A stretch of 64,000 nucleotides of DNA from Octopus sinensis (lineage: Eukaryota): contig NC_043013.1 in the NCBI RefSeq assembly GCF_006345805.1, positions 9,300,001-9,364,000 of the forward strand, in the 5' to 3' direction. The notes beneath the pieces are model-generated. The model was not told where the DNA came from, made no database searches, and was given only the letters and a program-made list of their open reading frames with translations. Each line of letters opens with the position of its first letter. Position 1 is the stretch's first letter. Made by a program: the position numbers and the translations under genes. Shown here piece after piece: positions 26,301 to 38,824 of this stretch.

Positions 26301-27294
26301 GTGTGTGTATGTATGTGTGTATTTATATATATGTGTGTATGTGTGTAGGATCATCATCATTATTTAACATCCATTTTTCATGTTGGTATAAGTTCAGAGT
26401 TTTGCCAGGATCCTCTGTGTCGCAGGGCTGTGCCATGCTGCAGTGTCAGCTTTCGTATGCTTGCATGGATCAGATTGAATTCGTTGAGGCAGATTTTATA
26501 TGGTTGGATATTTCCCTTCCTGTCTCCCATTCTCACTTGGAAGCAAGATTATCTCCAAATAAGTTAATGTTTCCCCCCATGCTTTCTCATGTTTTCACAG
26601 AGAATTGGGAAGGCGCGACACCACTTGGATGAAAATATATTACTGTAATGTAATGTGAAGACAAGGTCACACACACACACACACACAAGGGTTGTTCAGG
26701 CTCCAACCATGCCAAAACAGACTGGGAGCCTGAACAATTGGTCAGCTCCTGTCAAACTGTCCAACCATGCCGTCATGGAAAACGGACGTTAAATGATGAT
26801 GACATGCACGCATAAGATGGGCTTCTTTCAGTTTCTGTCCATCAAATCCACTCATAAAACTTTGGTTAAACCGGGGCTGTAGCAAACGGCACTTGTCCAA
26901 ATTGCCATGAAGTGGGACTGAACCCTAAACCATGTGGTTGGGAAGCAAGTGTCTTAATCACACAACCAGGCCTGTGTCTTTCACAGCCATACCTACACCT
27001 ATTATTAGTTGTTCTTTGTTGGAGAGGCTGAGGGGAGAGAGTAGATTTGTTTATCTTTGTTGTAGAAAGAAAGAAAGAAAGAGAGAAAGAGAGAGAGAGA
27101 GAGATTGTGTTTAAAGCATGTGTGCAAGAGAAAAGGAGAGAGAGAACATGTTAGAGATTTTATTTTCTCTTTGTTGGAAAATGCAATCTAAATGTAATAA
27201 ATAGAAATAAATAGCCATTAATAATTTTGTGCTTATAAGAATTAAAAATTTTCATACAATTATAAATAGATTGCGCTGTCTCTCTCTCTTTCTC

Positions 27295-27515
27295 TTTCTT
27301 CTCCCCACCTCTTCTACTAATTAGGTCACCTAGGCAACAAAATCTATCAACTACATCCAGTGAACCTTGCAAGCATTTTAAGGAATTTATTCCATGTGTA
27401 TTTTTACTGCTATCTGCTCCTCTGCATCTGCTGCACACAAAGTCTACCTTCTCTGCTCGCCTGCCTGTGATTCCATTACACCTCTTGCATGTCGATAGTT
27501 TACACTAGGTACACC
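27295..27515 (-). mobile_element. RTE LINE internal fragment (PHD C-terminal half plus RT)
   Basis: Translates to ...CKLSTCKRCNGITGRRAEKVDFVCSRCRG...LDVVDRFCCLGDLIS, homologous to the 58893 ORF. Confidence 0.8.
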
Positions 27516-27735
27516 ATATTTCATTCCGTTTTATCTTTTTACTTGTTTCAGTCATTGGCACTGTGGCCATGCTGGAACACTGCCCTGACGGGCTTAGTTG
27601 AAACAAGTTGACTCCAGTGCTTACCCTTTTTGAGAGTCTGGCACCTAATCTGATAGTCTGTTTTGCTGAACTGCTAAGTTCCAGCGACATAATCAAACCA
27701 ATACTGTGAGTCAAGTAATGGTGTAGGGGACACAT

Positions 27736-27804
<69 letters not shown>

Positions 27805-28894
27805 TATATATATGCACAATGGGCTTCCACACAGTTTTCGTTTTCTAAATTCACTCATAAGTCATTGCTTAACCTGGCGCTATAGAAGAAGGCTCTTGCT
27901 GAAGGTGCTGTACGGCAGGATTGAACCTGAAACCATGTGGTTGAAAAGTAAGCTTCTTAACTACTCAGTCATACCTGGAATTTCCACCTGCTCCTTTTCT
28001 GCGTATTGAGCACAGCCATTTTTCTGATGGTTGCAGAATCTTGTTTTCTTCTCGGCTTAATAAAACTTTCACCTTTGCTAAGTTTTCTTTGAAGTTTTTC
28101 AATTCTTAGCTTTCAATTCTTCCAAGTCTAGAATTTCTTCTGAATCTTCTACAGATTGACTGTAAGAGTTAGGTAATCGGTATTACAGGAATTCCTATAA
28201 ACAGCTACTCTCCATCTTATTTGTGTATATCTTCACACGCATGCACGTGCACACGCAGATGTCAAATGGAATTTGTTGAGGCAGATATTTACATAGCCTG
28301 AAGCTCTTCCTGTTGCCTTTTCAAGTAAGGTGGTATTTCCCAGTGGAAGACTGGAAACGAAGGACACCCCTTACATAATGGTAACGCTTGTTTACAACTA
28401 TCATGTAATGTCAAAGCAAGAAGCAAGTGCCCATCCCCTCTCTTTATATATATATAAATATAGTTGTTGAATGCTTGAAATGAGAAGTAGATAGACAGCT
28501 GACAACTGATGAAGGCTCCTTTCTCTGTGTTTTCTTGTCCTCTTCTCCATTTTTTCCCTGTTGTTTACATATTTAACTCGTTTGTTTGCTTATTTCATGT
28601 TGTTTGAACTGTTGGTGACATCCTGTACCCATATTTGCATATATATAATATATATATATATATATACGCACTATATATTATTTACTATATAATCCAGCGG
28701 TGGTGCCCCAGCATGGCTGCAGCCTTCGGGCTAAAACATTTTTAAGGGTTTTAAGGATATACATATATTCATCTATCAAATCCATATTCAGAAATCTTTG
28801 GTCAGCCTGAGGCTACTGAAGAAAACACCCTAAGTGCCAGAAAGTGGGATTGAACCCAAGACACAAGCAAGCTTCTTAACCACATAGCCATGCT

Positions 28895-28930
<36 letters not shown>

Positions 28931-29692
28931 TGCATGTGTGTGTGTAGGTGCAGGTGTTGCTGTGTGGTTGAGAAGCTTGCTTCCAAACCATTTGGTCTTT
29001 GGTTCAGCCCCTACTTTGTGGTATGTTGGGCAAGCCAAAGCCTTGTGAATGGATTTGGTTGACGGAAACTGAAAATAGTTTGTCATATGTAATATATGTG
29101 TGTGTTTGTGTTTGTCCTTGAACTGATATTGGTATGTTTACATCCTTGTAACTTAGCTGTTTGGCAAAAGAGAATGATAGAATAAATACCAGGTTTTAAA
29201 AAATAAGCACTGGGGCTAATTCATTTGACTAAAAGTTCTCCAAGGCAGTGCCCTAGCACGGCTGCAGACTAATGACTGAAACAAAGTGTGGCTGTGTGGT
29301 AAGAAGCTTGCTTCTCAACCTCATGGTTCCGGGTTCAGTCCCACTGTGTGGCAAGTGTCTTCTACTATAGCCTCGGGCCGACCAAAGCCTTGTGAATGGA
29401 TTTGGTAGATGGAAACTGAAAGAAGCTTGTTGTGTGTGTGTGTGTATATATAATATATATATATGTATATGTTTCTGTGTTTGTCCCCTCCACCATTGCT
29501 TGACAACTGATGTTGGTGTGTTTATGTCCCCGTAACTTAGTGGCTCGGCAAAAGAGACTGATAGAATAAGTACTAGGCTTACAAAGAGTAAGTGCTGGGG
29601 TTGATTTGTTTGACTAAAGGTAGTGCTCCAGAATGGCTGCAGTCAAATGACTTAAACGAGTAAAAGAAAAAAAAAAAGAATATAAATATATA

Positions 29693-29867
29693 GGCGCAGG
29701 AGTGGCTGTGTGGTAAGTAGCTTGCTAACCAACCACATGGTTGCGGGTTCAGTCCCACTGCGTGGCATCTTGGGCAAGTGTCTTCTGCTATAGCCCCGGG
29801 CCGACCAATGCCTTGTGAGTGGATTTGGTAGACGGAAACTGAAAGAAGCCTGTCGTATGTATGTATG

Positions 29868-29898
<31 letters not shown>

Positions 29899-30118
29899 TT
29901 GTGTGTCTGTGTTTGTCACCCTAGCATTGCTTGACAACCGATGCTGGTGTGTCTACGTCCCCGCCACTTAGCGGTTCGGCAAAAGAGACCGATAGAATAA
30001 GTACTGGGCTTACAAAGAATAAGTTCCGGGGTCGATTTGATCGACTAAAGGCGGTGCTCCAGCATGGCCGCAGTCAAATGACTGAAACAAGTAAAAGAGT
30101 AAAGAGAGAGTAAAGAGT
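29693..30118 (+). mobile_element. tRNA-head SINE family A (central GCCTTGTGAGTGGATTTGGTAGACGGAAACTG domain, internal TA/TG microsatellite)
   Basis: Near-identical full copies at about 1338-1764, 18907-19311, 19991-20420, 41808-42208, 47887-48257, 57888-58271 (+) and 13485-13846 (-). One copy is split by a MITE (30594-30687 plus 31848-32173). More than 10 older copies. Confidence 0.9.
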
Positions 30119-30322
30119 ATATATTTGCATACACGAATACAAGCACACACATACACAAACAAATGAAAAGTACTCAGTACATGTTGTGGAGTATATTTTT
30201 ATCCAGAGGCAACTGACAGTCCACTCCATTGTTATTCAGACTTTCTAATACAAATGCATAATATTTCATATTTTTTTGTTTTTACTTCAAATAACATTAA
30301 ATTTTCCTCTGTTTTCTTACAG

Positions 30323-30413
30323 CATCATTTTAGAAGCTGACCCTTCAGCTATCGTCCAGAGAGTGGCAATAAAATCAGACGACATTCCATTAGGAGAACA
30401 GACAGTTGCACAG
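30323..30413 (+). CDS. COPZ1: Coatomer subunit zeta exon (-IILEADPSAIVQRVAIKSDDIPLGEQTVAQ)
   Basis: TTCTTACAG acceptor and CAG|GTAAGC donor, 91 nt, phase 2 to 0; matches ILE-DP---V-RV...PL-EQTV-Q. The six exons sum to 495 nt = 165 codons with no stop. Confidence 0.96.
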
Positions 30414-30428
30414 GTAAGCCATTCACGT

Positions 30429-30461
<33 letters not shown>

Positions 30462-30687
30462 ATTTATGTTGTTCGTATGTAAAATATGTGTGTCTTTTTT
30501 TCAGACCTGATGAGGAAAATATAACTATTACTTGTAAAAAAAAAACACTCCACAATAAGATATGGTAAAAAATAAAACAAAAAGTTTACAATTAGGCGTA
30601 GGAGTGGCTGTGTGGTAAGTAGCTTGCTTACCAACCACATGGCTCCGGGTTCAGTCCCACTGCGTGGCATCTTGGGCAAGTGTCTTC

Positions 30688-31847
30688 GGATCTTTTCTAT
30701 TCTGAAGCCAGGACCACAGATCTTTCTACTTAACTAGATAATCTGAAACTTCGTATGCTGATAGAGTCTAGCAAAACAAGACACAGGTTGGAACTAGTTT
30801 ATTTGAGAAAAATCTATTTTATGACTTTAATCGTAGATTAAAACTGCGAATTTTAACCAATCAGATTGTTTGTTTTCATGTGTAAAACTTGACTGCATTC
30901 TATTAGTGTGACGTAGAAAGCGCTTTTGTGACGTACTAACGTTCGGAAAACTAAACAAACACGGCAGACGAAATACGGCTACGCATTTCGCCCGGCGTGC
31001 TAACGTTTCTGCCAGCTCTTTGCTTTTTTAATATTAAATTTCGGCGAAGTTTCGCTTGTCGTAGCACAAGTTTTCCGTCGATTTCCGTAAAAAACTTTTA
31101 TTTTTTTACATAAGTAATGAGAGCGAAAGAGACTAAGAGGAAGCGATTTTATGACGAGGGAAGTTTGTCTTTGAAGTTACCGTCTAGGGGAAGCATTGAT
31201 GTGCATGTGTGTGTGTGTTTGATGGGGTGTGGGAGACAGTATGTTGTGTAAGTGAAGTGCTTCTGTTAGTGTGTGTGAAGAGACAGAGAGAGTAATGTGT
31301 GAAAGAGAGAGATAACTGAAATTTTTTTACTTGGTGTATGTGTATATGTATGTCTGCATGTATGTGTGTGTGTGTATGTATCTATGTATGTATGGCCAAT
31401 TCATCGTAATTACGATTACGATGAATCGGCTATACATACATACACACACACACATACATACACACACACACATACTTACACATACATACACACACACATA
31501 CATGCAGACATACAGAATGGAAACATTTTCAATTTAATACATGTGGCTTATTAACTAGTTTTAAATATTGTTATTAGAAGGTGGCTGACTTGTTTACATT
31601 TAAGATGTTAAATACGTCACGAAATTGGTGGTCGAGACGGAGTAAATAAAATAAAGCCGAATGACGGAATATCATTGGTTAAAATTCTAATTATTAAACA
31701 ACGTTAAACTTAGAAGTTACAATTCCGTTTTCATTCTGGTTTACAATTAAGTTTACTTTTGACACATTCTACCAGTATACGAAGTTTCAACTTGTTTGGT
31801 TCAGTAGGAAAAATTTGAAAAAACTGGCCTCAAAATAGAAAAGATCC
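30688..31847. mobile_element. 1160-bp non-autonomous TIR element with GGATC termini and 8-bp TSD (GTGTCTTC), inserted into a SINE
   Basis: TIRs GGATCTTTTCTATTCTGAAGCCAG / CTGGCCTCAAAATAGAAAAGATCC; TSD at 30680-30687 and 31848-31855; the SINE resumes exactly after the second TSD. Confidence 0.9.
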
Positions 31848-32590
31848 GTGTCTTCTGCTATAGCCTCGGGCCGACCAATGCCTTGTGAGTGGATTTGGTA
31901 GACGGAAACTGAAAGAAGCCTGTCGTATAATATATATATATATATATATGTATGTGTGTATGTGTTTGTGTGTCTGTATTTGTCCCCCTAGCATTGCTTG
32001 ACAACCGCTGCTGGTGTGTTTACATCCCCGTCACTTAGCGTTTCGGCAACAGAGACCGATAGAATAAGTACTGGGCTTACAAAGAATAAGTCCCGGGGTT
32101 GATTTGCTCGACTAAAGGGGCGGTGCTCCAGCATGGCCGCAGTCAAATGACTGAAACAAGTAAAAGAGTAAAGAGTAATTACACACTTACACTTACCCCG
32201 ACCCCCATACACATGTACACATGCTTACACAAGCATAGCTACAGAGACATTCATATATTGTTCGGGTTTGTCATTTATGGAGAGGAGAAGAATATGCATG
32301 TGTGTATTCAAATATTTTATAGTCTTCTCTCCTCACCCTCAATTCAATATATTTATCTAATATCTTTTTACATTGGTACGAAATGTAATCTAAGGGAAAT
32401 AACTCAAATGGGGCCTGTGGCACATGAATTTAGATAATCCGCAGAGGTGGTGCTACACTGAATGGTATATGACAAAAAAAAAGTTTTTCAATGAATTAAA
32501 ATTTGCCTCTTAGTTGGTGAATGAAAACATGAACCTTATTAGTAACTCTTAAAAGAAAAGAAAATAATTTCAAAAATTTAGACTTATGTT

Positions 32591-33252
32591 GTATCTTTGG
32601 AAGGGTCATTATGCTAATAACCAACACATGAACTGGCTCTATTTCACTTCTTTATCATTCATCAATTGATTAACTATTTAACCAATTAACTAATCGATTG
32701 TTTGATTATTAATTGTTCAGTTTATCAATCAGTCAGTCACGCTTGTCAAATATTTTTCATCACGATTCACAATCTTGTTGATGATGTGTCCTCTTGAAGC
32801 TGATCTGGAGTAGAGAGGACATATAAAGAGGTCTAGAATGGTGATGAAAGGACTTTGGCAAACATAACTGACTGATTAATTAACCTAACGATTAATCAAA
32901 CAATGACTTAGTTAATTGGTTAAAATAGTTAATCAACTCACGAATCATCATCGTCGTTTAACGTCCACTTTCCATGCTAGCATGGGTTGGACGGTTTGTC
33001 TGTGGGCTCGCGAACCAGATGGCTGCACCAGGCTCCAGTCTGATCTGGCAGAGTTTCTACAGCTGGATGCCCTTCCTAACGCCAACCACTCCGTGAGTGT
33101 AGTGGGTGCTTTTACGTGCCACCGGCACGGGGGCCAGTCAGGCAGTACTGGTAATGACCTCACTCAAATTTTTTTACACATGCCAATAATAAAGGAATAA
33201 AACAGAACCAGTGCATGTATTTATTATTGTCATAATGACCCTTCCAAGATAC
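32591..33252. repeat. Older fold-back element, ~165-bp arms; right arm interrupted by an RTE 3' UTR insertion
   Basis: GTATCTTTGGAAGGGTCATTATG / CATAATGACCCTTCCAAGATAC and TTGATTAACTATTTAACCAATTAACTAA / TTAGTTAATTGGTTAAAATAGTTAATCAA. Confidence 0.8.
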
Positions 33253-33321
33253 AGCAAAATTTTTTTCAACACACAAGTTCACATCAAGCATCTTGCAAAC
33301 CAAATACAGAAATGAAATTAA

Positions 33322-33590
33322 CACGTTAACTGCCACAGCCTATCACTGGAACTTAACGGTAGTGCTGTGTTTTTCGCACAGTCTCACTGCATACTGTTTA
33401 ATTAAAAGGAAATGTAATTTTTTTGCATTCTTACAATATTTCGTAATTAAACTTTAATATTTATAAAACCATTTCAAAGATTCAGAATAAAATATTTTCT
33501 CAAATTACGAAAATATACCCTTGGGTGTGCATACGGCAGTTGTGTGAAGTTTGCGATGAACCATTGGTGGTACTTGTGGCAGTTACCATG
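33322..33590. mobile_element. Possible piggyBac-like MITE
   Basis: TTAA|CACGTTAACTGCCACA ... TGTGGCAGTTACCATG|CTAA; a partial second copy lies at ~33940-34150. Confidence 0.4.
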
Positions 33591-34420
33591 CTAAACATAT
33601 AACAGGTGGAATATTTTGGCTGGATACAGCTGGTTTAAATGCTAAAGGATTAATGTAATTCTTGGACAGAATCAACATGGCACAATGTGTGATAAAGCTG
33701 TGTCTTTTAATTACAGGGAAATGTAAAGGTGGTGAGCTGGCAGAATTGTTAGCATGCCAGGCAAAATACTTAGCGGCATTTTGTCCGTTTTTATGTTCTG
33801 AGTTCAAATTCTGCTGAAGTCGATTTTGCCTTTGCATCCTTTCATGGTCGATAAAATAAGTACCAATTGAGCACGGTGGGGTCGATGTAATCAATTTACC
33901 CCCTCCCCCAAAATTGCTGGCCTTGCGCCAAAATTTGAAAGGAAAATGTTTTTTTTTTTTGCATTTTTACAATATTTCATAATTAAACTTTAATGTTTAG
34001 TACTCATGTTATTCAAATATCCCCAGAACTATGTCAAAAATACAGAATAAAATATTTTCTCAAATTATGAAAATGTACCACTGGTGGTGTGAATGGTGGT
34101 TGTGTGAAGTTTGTAATGAATCACCTGTGGTACGTGTGGCAGTTGCCATGTTATATATCCATACTTAGGGACAAAATATGATCTTCGTTAGCAGCCAGGT
34201 GTATGTCTCTGTATTTGCTTACAACTTTTCACAGAAGCTGCAATGTACATGCAGTGTAGTTGTTGTCAGTTCCTGTCAACAAATTATCCACTTGCTTGTA
34301 AACAGGTAAGGGTTAGCAGTAACAAGGGCATTCACCTGATGAACAATAGTTTATTAGCACATTCATCTAATCCATGCAGGCATAGAAAAAACAGATGTAA
34401 AATAAATAAATGAATGAATG

Positions 34421-34470
<50 letters not shown>

Positions 34471-34605
34471 TATGTATAATATATATATATATGTATATAT
34501 ATATGTATGTATATATATATGTATGTATATATATATGTATGTATTATATATATATGTATAATATATATATTATATATGTATATTATATATATATATATGT
34601 ATATG

Positions 34606-34651
<46 letters not shown>

Positions 34652-34698
34652 ATGTATATTATATATATTATATATATATATTATATATGTATATGTAT

Positions 34699-34744
<46 letters not shown>

Positions 34745-35398
34745 TATATATATATATATATATTCACATGTGCATACATAGTTTAGGGTTTTTTTTCCCT
34801 TTTTCCTGTTCTTGTCTTGCAAGTTACTTAGTAACCTCACTAGTGCTGTTGTCTAAAAGCATCCTATCAACAAATTATCCACTTACTTGTAAACAGGTAA
34901 GGGTTAGCAGTAACAATGGCATTCACCTGGTAAACAATAGTTTATTAGCACATTCATCTAACCCATGCAGGCGTAGAAAAAACAGATGTAAAATAAATGA
35001 ATGAATGATTGATATATATATATATATATTCACATGTGCATACATAGTTTAGGGGTCTTTTTTCCCTTTTTCCTGTTCTTGTCTTGCAAGTTACAAAGTG
35101 GTTGGCATTAGGAAAGGCATCCAGCTGTCGAAGTCATGTCAAAGCTAAAATTGGAACTTGACACAGCTTGCTGGGCCCTGTGAGACTTTTCAACCCTTGC
35201 CAGCATGGAAAGCAGATGTTAAATGATGATGATATATATATATATATATATATATGTATATGTATATATATCATCATCATCATTGTTTAACGTCCGCTTT
35301 CCATGCTAGCGTGGGTTTGACGGTTCAACTGGGGTCTGGGAAGCCCGAAGGCTGCACCAGGCCCAGTCAGATCTGGCAGTGTTTCTACAGCTGGATGC

Positions 35399-35448
<50 letters not shown>

Positions 35449-35820
35449 ACACACCACACACACTAACAGATAATTGTATTTTTGTATGTTTTGCTGTAAA
35501 TCAGTGTAAGATTAAAATATGAGTGGATTACAGGGGTTCTTCAAGTGAAATCTATTGTGATGTGTATGATTTCCCCTTTAAAACATTAAAATGATGGTAT
35601 TGAGGATGATGATACATATATGTATGTGTATACATACATATCTGTGGGGGTGCATGGCCTAGTGGTGAGGGTGTTGCACTCATGATTATGAGATCGTGGT
35701 TTCAATTCTTGGACTTGGTGATGCATTGTAACCTTGAGAAAAAAAAACACTTTGTCTCACACTGCTCTACAGCCACTTCGGCACCTGACGTGTGGTACAC
35801 CATGCACCTGTTTAGGCCAC

Positions 35821-35896
35821 GTCGGTTTGCTGGAGGGTGGGGGCAACGTCGATTTGCTGGAGGGTGGGGGCAATGTCGATTTGCTGGAGGGTGGGA
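35821..35896. repeat. 27-bp G-rich minisatellite, ~2.8 copies
   Basis: GTCGATTTGCTGGAGGGTGGGGGCAAY units. Confidence 0.9.
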
Positions 35897-36671
35897 GCTA
35901 TTGTGTAGCACATACATTTGATCTCTATCAACAAATCATCTGTGCAGGTCGTTATGCATGAAATAGCAGAATCATTTTTCTTGGACTGCGAGAGACCACC
36001 ATCATACATATGTGTGTATCTATATGTATACGTACATGTTTTGTATGTATGTGTATATGTACATATATGTGTGTTAAAACCTCCCCACACACACATTGGT
36101 TGGTATTCAACTGTAGAAGCCATTCCAAGATTGAGATATTGGTGAGGAACATGGTCTTCTATTCCATTGGATCCTACTGGATCCGTCAATCCGTATCAAT
36201 GTAAAGAACAGACATAAAATGATAATGATATATATTTATTAACCCTTTTATTGCAAAACTTGGATATATCTACTCAAAATTCCATTAACCTTAACTGTGG
36301 GAAGCAGTTTTATATACCAGTGTATCCTTTGTGGCAGAATATCATGTTTGGAACTATTTTTTTTTTTGCTTTTATTATGTCAAGTTTATTGAGGTATCGA
36401 GACTTGTAGAAGATAGCAATCTATCTTTTTTTTTTTTTTTTATAGATGTTTAACATCGTTACTGGAATAACCACAAACTTTAATTTCACATTTAAACGGT
36501 TAATTTTAGGTGACAAAATTGCGAATCCTTTTTGTTACCTAAAGGATCAAACATAGTGAAAAAAATTCTAAGTAGTGATGGACTGATTCATCTTGGGTTC
36601 AAAGGAATAATTGCGCTTGAAAATTACTATTTTCAAATCTCACTTCGAGAGATATTCAGCAACAGTACTTC

Positions 36672-37017
36672 GGAGTAAAGATTGTTTGCCAACATGACAT
36701 GGGAGTCCTGGTTTAGGACGAATGTTGCTGTAATTTAGCCCCAAGAGACATCATCTCCAGCTGGCTATATGACATAATCTATGTCCTTATATTTTCGAAC
36801 AAGGGAATCTAGCACCCCAAATCAGCTCAAAACAATATCTGTGTATCACGATTTCCAGGTTATTTCCCTTCATCAGCACAGAATAATTGTTAAAAAATAT
36901 AAGGACACAGATCGTGTCGTATAGCCAGCTGGAGACGATGTTTTCTGGGACTAAATTACAGCAAGATTCGTCCTAAACCAGGACTGCCATGTTAAATTGG
37001 CAAACAATCTTTACTCC
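36672..37017. repeat. Fold-back element, ~124-bp arms, ~98-nt spacer containing a hammerhead motif
   Basis: GGAGTAAAGATTGTTTGCCAA...GTCCTTATATTTT mirrored at 36894-37017. Confidence 0.9.
36838..36882 (-). ncRNA. Hammerhead ribozyme-like motif in the spacer of a fold-back element
   Basis: Minus strand reads TCTGTG-CTGATGA-AGGGAAATAACCTG-GAAA-TCGTGA-TA^CACAGA: 6-bp stem I, exact core, self-complementary stem III (ATCGTGAT). Stem II is imperfect. Confidence 0.65.
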
Positions 37018-37370
37018 AATAAATGCGCTGTTCATGAATTGAGTACTATTTCTCTCGTTTGTGTATCTAGTATGTCTTATGTGTCTATCTATCTATCTAT
37101 CCACCTATCTTTTTTTTTTTCCAATATACAAGTTGACACAGTATATAGTGTAAACATATAATGTAAAAACATCCAAACATTGTCACTATCATTCTAAATT
37201 CTGCATTTCATGTGGAATATTTGCTCCTCTAAAGCTATCTCGGCGTATAAGTCAATATACCATTTTTGGCTATAAATTTTGGTCTGGAAAATTTGACTTA
37301 TATGCTGGAGAATATGTTAGCTACCTACCTACCTATCTACCCAACCCTTACACTGAACGCGAACGTGTAC

Positions 37371-37414
<44 letters not shown>

Positions 37415-38055
37415 GTGTGTATCCAAGTGTGTATGTATGTGTATTTATCTATTTACCTATCTACTACCTGTGTATTTACCCAGACCTACCCACTGGGTGT
37501 ACAAGCATATACACATTTATGTATTATTCTAATGTGTGTATGTGTTTGTCTGTCTGTCTGTCATTTTGTCTACCTATTTCTTTACTACCCACAAGGGGCT
37601 AAACAGAGCGGGAACAAACAAGGACAGACTAACAGATTGAGTCGATAACATCGACCCCAGTGTGTAACTGGTACTTATTTAATTAACCCCGAAAGGATGA
37701 AAGGCAAAGTCGACCTCGGCGGAATTTGAACTCAGAACGTCGTGGCAGACGAAATATGGCTACGCATTTCGCCGAGCGTGCTAACGATTCTGCCAGCTTC
37801 CCCCGCCTTAATTTTGTCTACCTACCTAACCAAACCCACTTACTGAGTAAATTTGTACTGATAAATTTTTCGTCAATGTGTTGCAGTCCACCTTGTGTCG
37901 AGAAATAGTTTGAGGACATAAGTTTAGAACTGGAAGGAGAAAGAGATACAATAAGGTGGCACAGATTGTAATATTTGGCTATTACATTCTGTTGATATTT
38001 ACAATGAAGTGAATGTTTTATTTGACATTAAACGATCTTCATATTCAGCTTTTCA

Positions 38056-38108
<53 letters not shown>

Positions 38109-38188
38109 TGCATATTTGCATGTTTATATATGCTTGTATATATGTATATATTATTTATATATCATGTATATATTTTATACATCTATTG

Positions 38189-38235
<47 letters not shown>

Positions 38236-38678
38236 GTACATGCTGTGATGTGATATTAAACTGGATTTCTGATGGGACATCAGTGATATGAGATATTGAT
38301 ATTGTCTCATCATAATCCTATTATGATTATCTGATTTTCAACTATTTCGATACCAATATTTACTACATTCTGAGTTATTTGATATTAAACTATCTTGTGA
38401 TATCTGGTGGGACCCCTTTACATTATTTACTGTGATATGAGATAGAGATGTTATATTGAATATTAAACTATTTCTGATATCAGGGTTTGGCGCCTATCGC
38501 TATTCATCTACACACACACACACACACACTTATACATATATATTATATATATCACATGTATATATATATATTATATCACATAATATATATATATATGATA
38601 TTTTATGCATATATATATATAAAATATTATATATATATATATGATATTTTATGGATATATATATATATATATAAAATA

Positions 38679-38721
<43 letters not shown>

Positions 38722-38729
38722 ATATTTTA

Positions 38730-38824
<95 letters not shown>

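Noticed and set aside
30507-30560. Isolated CTGANGA motifs (also near 10198, 28506, 42872 on the minus strand, and 49892)
   Set aside because: No correctly placed stem II plus GAAA plus pairing stem I.
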